Shown here: positions 10,931-21,180 of the stretch, piece after piece
How positions within the stretch are numbered: the stretch's first letter is position 1
Layout of the letters: every line of letters begins with the position of its first letter
Source: an uncultured Solirubrobacteraceae bacterium
GTDB taxonomy: Bacteria > Actinomycetota > Thermoleophilia > Solirubrobacterales > Solirubrobacteraceae
NCBI GenBank assembly: GCA_963812575.1
Contig: CAWEVS010000016.1
Coordinates: forward strand, 43,772-107,771
Direction of reading: 5' to 3'
DNA: 64,000 nt
Made by a program: the position numbers and the translations under genes
Notes under the pieces: model-generated
The model's input: only the letters and a program-made list of their open reading frames with translations
Told to the model about the DNA's origin: nothing
Databases searched by the model: none

Positions 10931-12442
10931 ATGCAGAAGCGCGCGCCGACACTCGGCAACATGCTCGTGATCATCCTGTTCGTGCTGAGCTGCTTCGGGC
11001 TGCTGCTGTTCCTGTGGGAGTCATTCGGCGGCCCGCTGCCGCTGAAGCCGAAGGGCTACCGGATGACCGTCGCCTTCCCGCGATCGCTGGCGCTCGCCGA
11101 ACAGTCCGACGTGCGGATCTCAGGCGTCGACGTCGGTCACGTCGTCGCGCTGAAACTGGGCAAGGACGGGCGCACTCGCGCGGAACTGGAAATCGGCGAC
11201 AAATACGCGCCGGTCCGCGCGGACATGCACGCGATCCTGCGCCAGAAGACACTGCTCGGCGAGACCTACGTGCAGCTGATCCCGGAGAACGGCGGGCACA
11301 GCGGCCCGTTCCTGCCCGACAACGGGCAGCTCGCCGACGCTCAGGTCGAACCGTCGATCACGCTCGACGGGATCCTCTCGGCGTTCGATCCGAAGACGCG
11401 TCGCGACTTCCAGATCTGGCAGGAAGCGCTGGCCGAAGGCACGAACGGCCGCGGCGAACAGATCAACGCCGGCTTCGCCGAGATCAATCCGTTCGTGCAG
11501 CACGCCAACACGCTGGTCGGGCTGCTCGACGACCAGGAAGGCGCGGTCCGTGCGCTGGTCAAGAACACGGGCGTCGTGTTCAACGCGCTGGCCGGCCGCG
11601 ACCACCAGCTCGAAGGGCTGATCGTCAACGGCGAGCGCACCTTCCATGCCGCTGCCGAAAGCAGCCAGGCGTTCGCCGAGGCCTGGCGCGCGCTGCCCGC
11701 ATTCGAGCGCAACTCGCGCACGGCGCTGAAAGAACTCGACCGCTTCGCCGCCGACGCGAGCCCGTTCCTCGACGAATTCCGCCCGGTCGAGCGCAAGCTC
11801 TCGAAGCTGCTGCTCGCGGCGAAGCCGTTCGCGCCGCAGTTCGACAAGTTCCTCACCGCGCTCGGGCCGCTGACGACAGGCCGCGAAGAAGGGCCTACCG
11901 GACGTCGGCAAGACGCTCGACCTGACGACGACGCAGCTTGAAGGCATCCGGCCGATCCTGCACAACTTCGATCCCTTCCTGCAGTACCTCGGCGAATACG
12001 TGCCCGAGCTGCAGGCGTTCTTCGCCAACCTCACGGCGGCCTCGCAGGCGCACGGCGAAAACACCAACGTGCCGGGCGGCGGCACCGGCCAGCACTACCT
12101 GCGGATCATGAACGTGCTCGGGCCCGAAAGCCTCGCCGTCTATCCGTCTGCAGCCGGGCACGCATCGTGGCAACCCCTACTTCAAGCCGGGCGCGTTCCG
12201 CGGGCATCGGCAGCCTGCAGGTGTTCAGCACCGCCAACTGCCTGAACGGAACGCCGTCGATCAGCGGGCCGGCCAACGAAACGATCTCGCAGAGCTTCAT
12301 CGAACAGCTGATCCAGTTCCACGTCGGCAACGCGCCGGGAACGCCCAACTCGGTTCCGGCGCCCGCCTGCTTGCAGCAGGCTCCGTTCACGTTCAACGGC
12401 TTCACCGGACAGTTCCCGCACGCCGTCTACGCTGGTAAGTGA
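10931..12442 (+). CDS. MCE/MlaD family protein 6 (frameshifts ~11880-12200)
   Basis: MQKRAPT, FGGPLPLKPKGY, DVRISGV.VG.V, LRQKTLLGETYV; tail in ORFs 12000 and 12167. Confidence 0.85.
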
Positions 12443-13261
12443 TGAACGACGAGGACTACCAGTACCACTCCGACGAGCTCGACCTGTCCGGCGATCCGTC
12501 GCTGGGCGAGTGGTCGATCCGCTGCACCGACGTGCACAAGCGGCTCGGCGGCGTGCCGGTGCTCAACGGGCTGACGGTCGCGATTCCCGACGACACGATC
12601 ACGGTCGTGCTCGGCCCTTCGGGGACGGGCAAGAGCGTGTTGATCAAGCACCTGATCGGCCTGATGTTTCCCGACTCTGGCGACGTCGTCGTGCACGGCG
12701 AACACGTGCAGCGGCTGACGATGCCGAAGCTGCTGGCGCTGCGCCAGCGGATCGGCGTGCTGTTCCAGGACGGCGCGCTGTTCGGCTCGATGTCGGTCTA
12801 CGACAATGTCGCCTTCCCGCTGCGCCAGCACACCGACATGAGCGAGGTCGGCGATCGCCGAGCGGGTCACGCAGCGGCTGACGGATGTCGGCCTGGCCGA
12901 CGCGATGGACGACGCACCGTCGCAGCTCTCCGGCGGCATGCGCAAGCGCGCCGGCTTCGCGCGAGCGCTCGTGATGGAGCCCGACGTCGTGATCTTCGAC
13001 GAGCCCGACTCGGGCCTGGACCCGGTGCGCACGGCACTGCTCTGCGAACTGATCCAGGAGATGCACGCGATCTACGGCGGCACCTACATCGTCGTCACGC
13101 ACAACATCGCCTCGGCGCGGCAGATCGGCGAATACATCGCCGTGCTGTGGAAGGGGCGGATCGTCGAGGCGGGCGACGCCGAGCGGATGTTCTCCTCGGA
13201 CAACCCGTTCGTCAGGCAGTTCCTCAGCGGCTCCGCAGAGGGCCCGCTGACGATGGACTGA
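12439..13261 (+). CDS. ABC ATPase of the MCE system (MlaF/MceG-like), frameshift ~12855
   Basis: GPSGTGKS, FQDGALFGSM, LSGGMRKRAGFARAL, DEPDSGLDPVR. Confidence 0.9.
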
Positions 13262-13344
13262 CGGGCTCGGTCCGACAGCGCGAGCGGCGCTGCAACGGCG
13301 CTGGCCGCGGCTTCGTTGCTCGAGGGCGGCGGCGATGCGCGGAT

Positions 13345-14508
13345 TCAGCGCTTGTGCTGCACGAGCACGAGCTGGAAGCGCCGCGTGCTCTTGACGAGAC
13401 CGCTCGGTGTCGTCGCGTTGATCGTGACCGTCAGCGTGACGTGCAGCCGGTGATGTGCCGCGAGCAGCGCTCTGCCGCGCCGCGAGAGCTTGACGACGAG
13501 CGCCGTGCCGTGGCCGCCCGCGACGGTCACCGCCTTGGCGCCGATCACGATCGCGTGTGTCGCCGGCCGGTGGCGCTTGTTCACGGCCGCCGCCGCTCGA
13601 GCGCGCGTTCGACAGCACCGTCGTCAGCGTGCCGGTCGCCTGACAGCGCGTCGCAGCCGGCGGGCATTTCACGACGATGCCGCGCACCGACGCGGCGCTC
13701 GCGCGCGGCTTACCGGTCAGAGCGCCGGTCAGCGAGAGGATCGACGGGCTCAAGACGTGCGGCGCCGGGCTGCTCGTGCCGGGGCTCGAGCTGCCGGCGC
13801 GATTTGATCGTGATTTTCGGAATCGTGATGACGGGCGGCGGTGATGTTGAGCAGGATCTGCGCCTTCAGTTCGCCGGTGATCGTGATTTGTCTGCGGGCG
13901 AGCTCGACGTTCGGAAGCTGATCGGCTTGAATCGACCGGCGCAGTTTTGTCAGCGAAGAGTTCTTTCTGCGTGCGATCGAGCGTGGCTTCGCTGACCGCG
14001 CCGAATTCCGGTTCTTCTTCGACTTTTTCATCGAAGGGCCGAATCGGATGAGCGATGCGACAGTTTGCAGTTTTCTGCGGCCAGTCCACCGGCGCTTCGT
14101 GGGCAGCGGCGCGGTCGCGTGGATGTGCGGTTTCTCCGCCGGAGGCTTCCGTCCAGACCGAGAGCTTCGTGCCGGGAGCGAAGGTTTTCGACGCCGACAG
14201 CACGCATGATTTTTCCTGCGCGCCCGGTGACTTCCACCGAGTAGATGCCGGTGATCGAGAGGCTCTTCAGCGACGCTGCCGTCCGTTCGCTCGTCGGCGA
14301 CCGGCGCGGTGCCCTGCTCGTTCCACGTGTAGGAGACGGTCGTCTTTTCCGTTTTGCCGCCCCCGAGGCTCTTGCTGGCCGTCTCGTTGTACGTGCCGCC
14401 GTATTCGACGAGAAGTTCGGTGCTCGCCTGTGCGACGGCCGGCGCGATGACGATCGCGAGCAGCGCGATCGCGAGCCCGTTCATGGCCATGCGCGCGCGA
14501 ACCGGCAT
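13345..14508 (-). CDS. Secreted hypothetical protein with basic C-terminal beta domain (several frameshifts)
   Basis: Signal LAIALLAIVIAPAVAQA; C-terminus VKLSRRGRALLAAHHRLHVTLTVT pieced from three frames. Confidence 0.55.
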
Positions 14509-14641
14509 CCTGCCGCCCCTCCTCCGATAGACCGACACGAGAAAAACGTAGCATTCGACTGGCTCAGCGGTGGAGGTTCGCTTGCACCGCAGCTGATCGA
14601 GGAGATCGTGGACGGCGCGCCCGGCGGTGCATCCGTCCTGG

Positions 14642-14669
14642 GATCATGCGAACATGTGTTCGCATGATC
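14642..14669. promoter_or_regulatory. LexA (SOS) box, Gram-positive type CGAAC-N4-GTTCG
   Basis: CGAAC-ATGT-GTTCG at 14649-14662 inside palindrome GATCATGCGAAC-ATGT-GTTCGCATGATC, immediately before the imuB ATG. Confidence 0.85.
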
Positions 14670-15881
14670 GTATGCGTCCACCTTCCTCGCTTCGAGCTGG
14701 CTTTGGCGGCCGGCGGGGCGCGCGCGCTCGTCGGGCGCGCGCTTGCGGTGGCGCCGCCGACGGGCACCGAGCAGCGCCTGGGAGAGGTTTCCGGCGCTGC
14801 CGAGGCGCAGGGCGTGCGCAGAGGGATGGCGCTTGGGGAGGCGCTTGCACGCTGTCCTGAGCTGGAGCTCGTGCCGGCCGATCCTGTGGGGGTGCAAGAG
14901 GCCTGGGAGGCGCTGCTCGACGCGCTGGAGTCGGTTGGCGCGGCCGTCGAGCCGGCGCGCCCGGGCCTCACATACTTCGCGACCGAGCCGCTGCGCGCGC
15001 TGCACCGCAGCGACGGCGCTGTGATCGGCGTCGCGCAGCGGGCGCTCGGCACGGCGCGGATCGGCTCGGGCGGTGAAGCGCACGCGCGCCGCGCCCGGAT
15101 CGGCGCCGGCCCGACGCGCTTCTGCGCGCTGGCGGCGGCGCTCTCGGTGCGATCGCGCCGAGCGCTCGTGCTCGATCAGGCCGATGCGCTGCGCTGGCTC
15201 GGCGGACGCCCGATCGAGCTGCTCGGCTATCGCGCGGAGACCGAGCAGCTGCTCGAGCCGCTCGAGCGCCTCGGCGTACGCACGATCGGCGAGCTCGGCC
15301 GCCTCGGCCGCGCCGCGCTCGCCGACCGCTTCGGCGCGGCCGGCGTGAGCGCGCACCGGCTGGCGTGCGGCGCGGATACGCCACTGCGCCCACGCTCGCC
15401 GGAGGAGCGTCTGCAGGAGACGATGAGCGTCGGCGAGGCCAGTTCGGGGCCGGCGCTCGAGCGCGTGCTCGGCGTGCTCGTCGACCGGCTGCTGGCCCGC
15501 AGCGAGCGCCGCGGGCGCACGCTGCGCTCGGTCACGCTCTCGGCGCGCCTGCTGTCGGGCGGCGGCTGGCGCGAGAGCGTCGTCTTCCGCGAGCCGCTCG
15601 CCGATCGCGATCGCATCTCGCTGGCGCTGACGCTGCGCCTGCTGCTGCTGCCGGCGCCGGCGGAGGCGCTGGGCCTCGCGATCGAGCGCTTCGGCCCGCC
15701 GGCCGGCGAGCAGCGAGCGCTGCTGAACGAGGCGCACGCCGCGCGCCTGGTCCGTCTGCGTGAAGCGTGCGCGCAGCTGCGCGCGGTGGCGGGCGAGGAT
15801 GCGGCGATGCGCGCCGTCTGCATCGATCCCGACTCGCGCGTGCCCGAGCGGCGCGTCGTGCTCACGCCGCTGCTGGGCTGA
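14664..15881 (+). CDS. imuB: ImuB-like inactive Y-family polymerase homolog
   Basis: EVS.AA.AQGVRRGM.LGEALARCPEL, LERLGVRTIGEL..L.R.ALADRFG; lies upstream of dnaE2. Confidence 0.8.
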   Translation: MIVCVHLPRFELALAAGGARALVGRALAVAPPTGTEQRLGEVSGAAEAQGVRRGMALGEALARCPELELVPADPVGVQEAWEALLDALESVGAAVEPARPGLTYFATEPLRALHRSDGAVIGVAQRALGTARIGSGGEAHARRARIGAGPTRFCALAAALSVRSRRALVLDQADALRWLGGRPIELLGYRAETEQLLEPLERLGVRTIGELGRLGRAALADRFGAAGVSAHRLACGADTPLRPRSPEERLQETMSVGEASSGPALERVLGVLVDRLLARSERRGRTLRSVTLSARLLSGGGWRESVVFREPLADRDRISLALTLRLLLLPAPAEALGLAIERFGPPAGEQRALLNEAHAARLVRLREACAQLRAVAGEDAAMRAVCIDPDSRVPERRVVLTPLLG

Positions 15882-16192
15882 TGGCCGCGCCGGCGCGAGC
15901 CATGGGGGCCGAGGTCCCGCGAACCCAGCTCAATCTGCCGCGGGCCGCGCGCGTGCGCGTCGCGCCGGGCGGTGCGCCGGCGCAGGTCGACGGGTATCCG
16001 ATCGAGCTCGTGCGCGAGTCGTGGCTGGTCGAGGATCGCTGGTGGACGGCGCAGCCGCTGCGCCGCCGCTACTGGGAGGTGGTCAGCTCGAGTGGGCGCA
16101 ACATGGTCGTCTTCCACGACCTCGGCAGCGACGCGCCGGGCGGGGACGCCGGGCGGGGACGAGCCGGCGGCTGGTTCGTGCAGAGATCTTGA
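15881..16192 (+). CDS. Small Trp-rich protein resembling the C-terminal domain of actinobacterial ImuB (DUF6504-like)
   Basis: TGATG overlap with imuB; ESWLVEDRWW...RRRYWEV...GGWF. Confidence 0.65.
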   Translation: MAAPARAMGAEVPRTQLNLPRAARVRVAPGGAPAQVDGYPIELVRESWLVEDRWWTAQPLRRRYWEVVSSSGRNMVVFHDLGSDAPGGDAGRGRAGGWFVQRS

Positions 16193-16220
16193 GCCGGGCG
16201 CCGGGAGTCGCGAGATCCAG

Positions 16221-19200
16221 ATGGCATCGACGCCGCCGTACGTGGAGCTCCACTGCCACTCGGCCTATTCGTTCCTCGACGGCGTCTCGCTGCCGGAGGA
16301 GCTGGCTCAGCGCGCGGGCGAGCTCGGCCACGATGCGCTGGCGCTGACCGACCACAACTCGGTGTCGGGCTCGATGGAGCTCGCGCTGTTTGCCGCCGAT
16401 TGCGGGATTCGCGCGATCCACGGCGCGGAGATCGACCTCAGCGGCGGGCGTCACGTCACGCTGCTCGTGCGCGATGCGCGCGGCTGGCGCAACCTCTGCC
16501 GGATCATCACGCGGGCGCATGCGCACACGCGCGATGGCTCGGCGCGGCGCGTGCTCGGCGAGCCGTCGGTCGAGTTGCAGACGGTGCTCGATCACGCCGA
16601 GGGCTTGGTCTGCCTGACCGGATGCGCCGCGCGCTCGGCGATCGGCGAGGGCACGCGCGACGAGCCCGTGGCGCGGCGGCTGCTCGAGGCGTTCGGCGCC
16701 GACGGGCTGCGCGTCGAGCTGCAGCGACCCTACGCGCGCCACGACCGCGCGCGCAACCGCGCGCTGAGCGCGTTTGCACGGCGACTCGGCGTGGCGTGCG
16801 TGGCGACCGGCGACGTGCACGCACACGCGCGCTCGCGGGCGGAGTTGCAGGATGCATTCGTCGCGCTGCGCCATCACACGACACTCGATGCCTCCGAGCC
16901 GCTGCGACGCGGCAACTCCAGTCACGTGATGGCGACTCCGCAGGCGATGGCCAGGCGCTTCGCCGATCACCCGCAGGCGGTCGGCGAGACGCTGGCGCTG
17001 GCCGAGCAGCTGACGTTCGACCTCGGCATGGACCTCGGCTATCGCTATCCCGGCGCCGAGGACGCGGGCTCGAAACGAGAGCTCGCCGAGCTGTGCGCTG
17101 CGCGTCTGCACGAGCGCTACGCGGGCCAGGGCGCACGGGCACAGGCCGAGGCGCAGGCGCGGCTGGCGCAGGAGCTGAGCGTGATCGAGAAGCTCGGGCT
17201 GTCGGGCTTCTTCCTGCTGCATCACGAGATGCTCGAGCTCTCGCGAGAGGTCGCGCGTGAGGTGCGCGGTCCCGACTCGGTGCGCGCGCTGCTCGCACCC
17301 GGCCGCGGCCGCGGCTCGTCGGTCTCCTCGCTCGTCTGCTACCTGATCGGGCTCTCGCACATCGACCCGATCAGGAGCAGGCTGTCGCTCGGGCGCTTCC
17401 TGCACGAGGACCTGCGTGGGCTGCCCGACATCGACCTCGACTTTCCGCGTGACATTCGCGAGAAGCTGATCCCGCGCGTGCACGAACGCTTCGGCGACGA
17501 GCATGCGGCGCTCGTCGCGGCCTTCCCGACGTTTCGCTCGCGCGGCGGGATTCGCGAGCTCGGCAAGGTGCTCGGCCTGCCTGCGGGCGAGCTCGAGCGT
17601 CTTGCGCGCGGCGCCGATCGCTATGGCAGCGCCGAGCGCGAGGAGGGGCTCGCGGGGACGGGCGGCGGGCGGACGGCGAGCGACGGCGCGGAAGCGGCGC
17701 CGCGCAGTGAGGAGCAGCGACGCTCGGAGCGCTGGCGCTGGCTGGAGCGGCTGGTCGAGGAGGCCTACGGATTGCCACGCCACCTCTCGCAGCACTCGGG
17801 CGGGATGATCGTCGCGACGCGTCCGCTGATCGACTGCTGCCCGGTCGTGCCGGCGGCGATGGAGGGGAGGCAGATGGTCCAGTGGGACAAGGACTCCTGC
17901 TCGGACGCCGGCTTTCTGAAGATCGACCTGCTCGGGCTGGGCATGCTCTCGGCGGTCGAGCGCTGCGTCGAGACGATCGCGCTGACGCGAAAGGAACGAG
18001 TCGATCTCTCGCGGATCGACTTCGACGACCGCGAGACGTTCGACGCGATCAGCGAGGCTGACACCGTCGGCGTATTTCAGATCGAGAGCCGCGCGCAGAT
18101 GCAGTCGTTGCGGCGTACGCGCCCGCAGAACCTCGACGACCTCGCCGTGCAGGTGGCGATCATCCGCCCGGGGCCGATCCAGGGCGGCGCGGTCAATCCA
18201 TACATCGAACGCCGCCGGCGCCTGCGCGAGGACCCGTCCTATGAGATCCCCTACGAGCATCCAGCGCTCGAGCCGGTCCTGCGCGAGACGCTCGGCACGA
18301 TCATCTTCCAGGACCAGGTGATGGAAGTCGCCGAAGCGATCGCCGGCTTCAGTCCCGGCGAGGCCGAGGGCCTGCGCCGCGCGATGAGCCGCAAGCGCTC
18401 GCAGGAGATGCTCGCGCGCCATCGCGAGCGCTTCGTCACGGGTGCGATGCGCCACGGCGGCGCCGATCTGCAGACCGCCGAGCGCGTGTGGCAGCAGGTC
18501 GAAGGCTTCGCGGGCTTCGGCTTTCCCAAGGCGCACAGCGCCGCGTTCGGCCTGCTCGCCTATCAGTCGACGTGGCTTCGCGTGCACTACGGAGCTGAGT
18601 TCCTGTGCGCGCTGCTCAACGAGCAGCCGATGGGCTTCTACGCACCCGACAGCCTCGTGCACGAGGCTGCTCACCGGGGGATCGCGGTGCTGAGGCTCGA
18701 CGTGAACGCCTCTGCGGTCGAGTGCATGGTGGAGGGAGGGGGAGTGCGTCTCGGCCTCGGCTACATCAAGGACGTCGCCCGTGAGGAGATGTGCGAACTC
18801 GTCGCCGAGCGCGAGCGCGGCGGCCCGTTTCGCAGCCTCGGTGAGCTGGCCGGGCGGATCGGCGTGCGGCGCAGGACGCTGGAGCAGCTCGCCTGGTCGG
18901 GCGCGTGCGATGAGATCATCGGCGACAGCGGTAGGCGTACGGCGCTGTGGCAGATGGGTCTCGCCGCTCCCGGCGAGCGCGCCGAGGCGGGCACTCAGCT
19001 TGCGCTGCCGCTCGCGCTGCCGGACACGCCGCGGCTGCGCTCGCTCGGGCGCTGGCAGCGCCTGATCGCCGACTACTCGACGAGCGGCCTGACGGTCGGC
19101 GAGCACGCGATGGCGATCCTGCGTGCGCGCCTGACGGCGCCGATGCTCGCGACGAGCGCGCAGCTGACGCGTCTACCGAACGCGAGTGCGGTCGCGATGG

Positions 19201-19604
19201 CCGGCCTGGTCATCGCACGCCAGCGACCGGGCACGGCGAAGGGCACGATGTTCCTGCTGTTCGAGGACGAGTTCGGAACGGTAAACCTGATCGTGCCGCG
19301 CGCGGTCTACGAGCGTCACCGCTATCTCGCGCGCGCCGAGCCGCTGCTCTTGGCGCGCGGACGCGTCGAGCGCTCAGAAGGCGTCCTCAACCTGCTCGTG
19401 CGCGAGCTGGCGCCACTCGAGCGCTACATCTCCGGCGGTCTGGACGGCGCCGAGCAGGAACGCATCGCGCGCGTGCACCAGCTGCCGACGCCCGAGCAGG
19501 CGCCGGCCGACGGTGCAGAGGAAGACGGCGCGATCGAAGTCGGTTCGAGCATGCGCGCGGTTGCGCCGCCGATTCAGAGCTTCGCAATGGGTCGCCGCCG
19601 TTAG
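16221..19604 (+). CDS. dnaE2: Error-prone DNA polymerase III alpha subunit DnaE2 (ImuC)
   Basis: YVELHCHSAYSFLDG, PDIDLDF, PRHLSQHSGG, VQWDKD, GVFQIESRAQM, RQRPGTAKG. Confidence 0.95.
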   Translation: MASTPPYVELHCHSAYSFLDGVSLPEELAQRAGELGHDALALTDHNSVSGSMELALFAADCGIRAIHGAEIDLSGGRHVTLLVRDARGWRNLCRIITRAHAHTRDGSARRVLGEPSVELQTVLDHAEGLVCLTGCAARSAIGEGTRDEPVARRLLEAFGADGLRVELQRPYARHDRARNRALSAFARRLGVACVATGDVHAHARSRAELQDAFVALRHHTTLDASEPLRRGNSSHVMATPQAMARRFADHPQAVGETLALAEQLTFDLGMDLGYRYPGAEDAGSKRELAELCAARLHERYAGQGARAQAEAQARLAQELSVIEKLGLSGFFLLHHEMLELSREVAREVRGPDSVRALLAPGRGRGSSVSSLVCYLIGLSHIDPIRSRLSLGRFLHEDLRGLPDIDLDFPRDIREKLIPRVHERFGDEHAALVAAFPTFRSRGGIRELGKVLGLPAGELERLARGADRYGSAEREEGLAGTGGGRTASDGAEAAPRSEEQRRSERWRWLERLVEEAYGLPRHLSQHSGGMIVATRPLIDCCPVVPAAMEGRQMVQWDKDSCSDAGFLKIDLLGLGMLSAVERCVETIALTRKERVDLSRIDFDDRETFDAISEADTVGVFQIESRAQMQSLRRTRPQNLDDLAVQVAIIRPGPIQGGAVNPYIERRRRLREDPSYEIPYEHPALEPVLRETLGTIIFQDQVMEVAEAIAGFSPGEAEGLRRAMSRKRSQEMLARHRERFVTGAMRHGGADLQTAERVWQQVEGFAGFGFPKAHSAAFGLLAYQSTWLRVHYGAEFLCALLNEQPMGFYAPDSLVHEAAHRGIAVLRLDVNASAVECMVEGGGVRLGLGYIKDVAREEMCELVAERERGGPFRSLGELAGRIGVRRRTLEQLAWSGACDEIIGDSGRRTALWQMGLAAPGERAEAGTQLALPLALPDTPRLRSLGRWQRLIADYSTSGLTVGEHAMAILRARLTAPMLATSAQLTRLPNASAVAMAGLVIARQRPGTAKGTMFLLFEDEFGTVNLIVPRAVYERHRYLARAEPLLLARGRVERSEGVLNLLVRELAPLERYISGGLDGAEQERIARVHQLPTPEQAPADGAEEDGAIEVGSSMRAVAPPIQSFAMGRRR

Positions 19605-19860
19605 GCGATCGCTGGCCGGCGCCTCGCTGTGTCCTCGGTCGCTCGCGTGCTACTCGCACGCCACGCTCCCTGCGTCCTTGCGACGCTTGGCCAGCGACCG
19701 CCTAAGTCAAGCAGGCATCGCTGGCCGGCGCCTCGCTGTGTCCTCGGTCGCTCGCGTGCACTCGCACGCCACGCTCCCTGCGTCCTTGCGACGCTTGCCC
19801 AGCGACCGCCTAAGTCAAGCAGGCGATCGCTGGCCGGCGCCTCGCTGTGTGCTCGGTCGC
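19601..19860. repeat. Tandem ~109-bp units (2 full + partial), each a long hairpin; REP/MITE-like
   Basis: Unit 1 bounded by TTAGGCGATCGCTGGCC...GGCCAGCGACCGCCTAA (16/17 inverted match); near-identical copy ~19713-19813 and partial copy 19821-19860. Confidence 0.85.
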
Positions 19861-19862
19861 TG

Positions 19863-20060
19863 CTAGTGCGCCGCGGCAGTCGCCGTGGCGGCGATCGCGC
19901 GCTGTCTGTTCTCGGCGTCGTCGACCGCCCACGCGAGACGCTCGATCAGCTGATTGGCTGCGTGATCGTCTCGCAGGTGCAGCGAATCGACTGTCTCGTC
20001 GAGCAGCACGGGCGCCTCACGCTCGTCTGACGGGTCTGTCGTAACGATGATCCTGGGCAT
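19863..20060 (-). CDS. Small hypothetical protein (65 aa)
   Basis: GAGGAGGGAG RBS before ATG; MPRIIVTTDP...QLIERLAWAVDDAE. Confidence 0.65.
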   Translation of the reverse strand: MPRIIVTTDPSDEREAPVLLDETVDSLHLRDDHAANQLIERLAWAVDDAENRQRAIAATATAAAH

Positions 20061-20237
20061 AACTCCCTCCTCGGTTTTAGGGGTCATGTCCTCCCACCGA
20101 CACTGTTGCACCTATTCGCTGAAGCGGAGCTTAAATTTCGTTCAGATCGCAGCCGAGTGGACCGATGTCCGGGGCAGTCGCGGCGATCGACTCCGCGAAT
20201 GGCGCAGATCTTCGGCGCGGGTGGCTAGGCTGGGCGC

Positions 20238-21170
20238 ATCGCACGCCTCGCCGACACCGACCTCGACGTTTTCGAGCTGTGCCTCGGCGGCAACGTGTTC
20301 GGCTGGACGATCGACGAGCAGCGCTCGTTCGCGGTGCTCGACGCGTACGTCGAGGCCGGCGGCAACTTCATCGATACGGCCGACAGTTACGGCCGGCGTG
20401 GCCCCGGTGGCGCCGGCGAGTCCGAGCGCATCATCGGCCGCTGGATGGCCGCGCGCGGCAACCGCGACAGCCTCGTGATCGCGACGAAGGTCGGCATCTC
20501 GCCGGAGCGGCCGGGGCTCTCGGCGGCGAATGTGCGAGCGGCTGCAGAGGCGTCGCTGGAGCGGCTGGCAACCGATCGAATCGATCTCTACTACGCGCAC
20601 AGGGACGACCCGAACACGCCGCTGCAAGAGACGCTGACGGCCTTTGCCGAGCTGCAGGAGGACGGCATGATCGGCTACGCGGCGGCCTCGAACTACAGCG
20701 CCGAGCGCCTCGCGCAGGCGCTCGCGCTAGGCGAGCGCGAGGGCATCGCCAGATTCGTGGCGCTACAGCCGGAATACAACCTTCTCGAGCGCGACTACGA
20801 GCACGAGCTGGCTCCGCTGTGCGCCGACGCGGGCCTTGCCTGCATCCCGTACTTCGCGCTCGCGCTCGGCTTCCTGTCGGGCAAGTACCGCCGCGGCGGA
20901 GCGGCGATCGAGAGCGAGCGCGCCGGCTCGGTGACCGAGAAATATGCAAACGACCGCGGCTGGGCGGTGCTGGCGGCGCTCGATCAGATCGCTGCCGCGC
21001 ACGATGCCGCCGTCGCCAGCGTTTCGCTGGCATGGCTACGCGTGCAGCCGACGGTGCTCGCGCCGATCGCCAGCGCGACGTCGATCGAGCAGCTGACCGA
21101 GCTGACGGCATCGGCGACGCTCGAGCTCTCGCCCGAGGAGCTCGCTCTCCTCGATCAGGTCTCGCGCTGA
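20238..21170 (+). CDS. Aldo/keto reductase
   Basis: LCLGGNVFGWT, FIDTADSY, IATKVG, SLERL.TDRIDLYYAH; apparent start codon at 20238 reads ATC. Confidence 0.9.
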   Translation: MARLADTDLDVFELCLGGNVFGWTIDEQRSFAVLDAYVEAGGNFIDTADSYGRRGPGGAGESERIIGRWMAARGNRDSLVIATKVGISPERPGLSAANVRAAAEASLERLATDRIDLYYAHRDDPNTPLQETLTAFAELQEDGMIGYAAASNYSAERLAQALALGEREGIARFVALQPEYNLLERDYEHELAPLCADAGLACIPYFALALGFLSGKYRRGGAAIESERAGSVTEKYANDRGWAVLAALDQIAAAHDAAVASVSLAWLRVQPTVLAPIASATSIEQLTELTASATLELSPEELALLDQVSR

Positions 21171-21180
21171 GCGCGCGAGC

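Noticed and set aside
19601-19860. CRISPR array
   Set aside because: Units are ~109 bp and near-identical throughout, with no unique spacers and no cas genes
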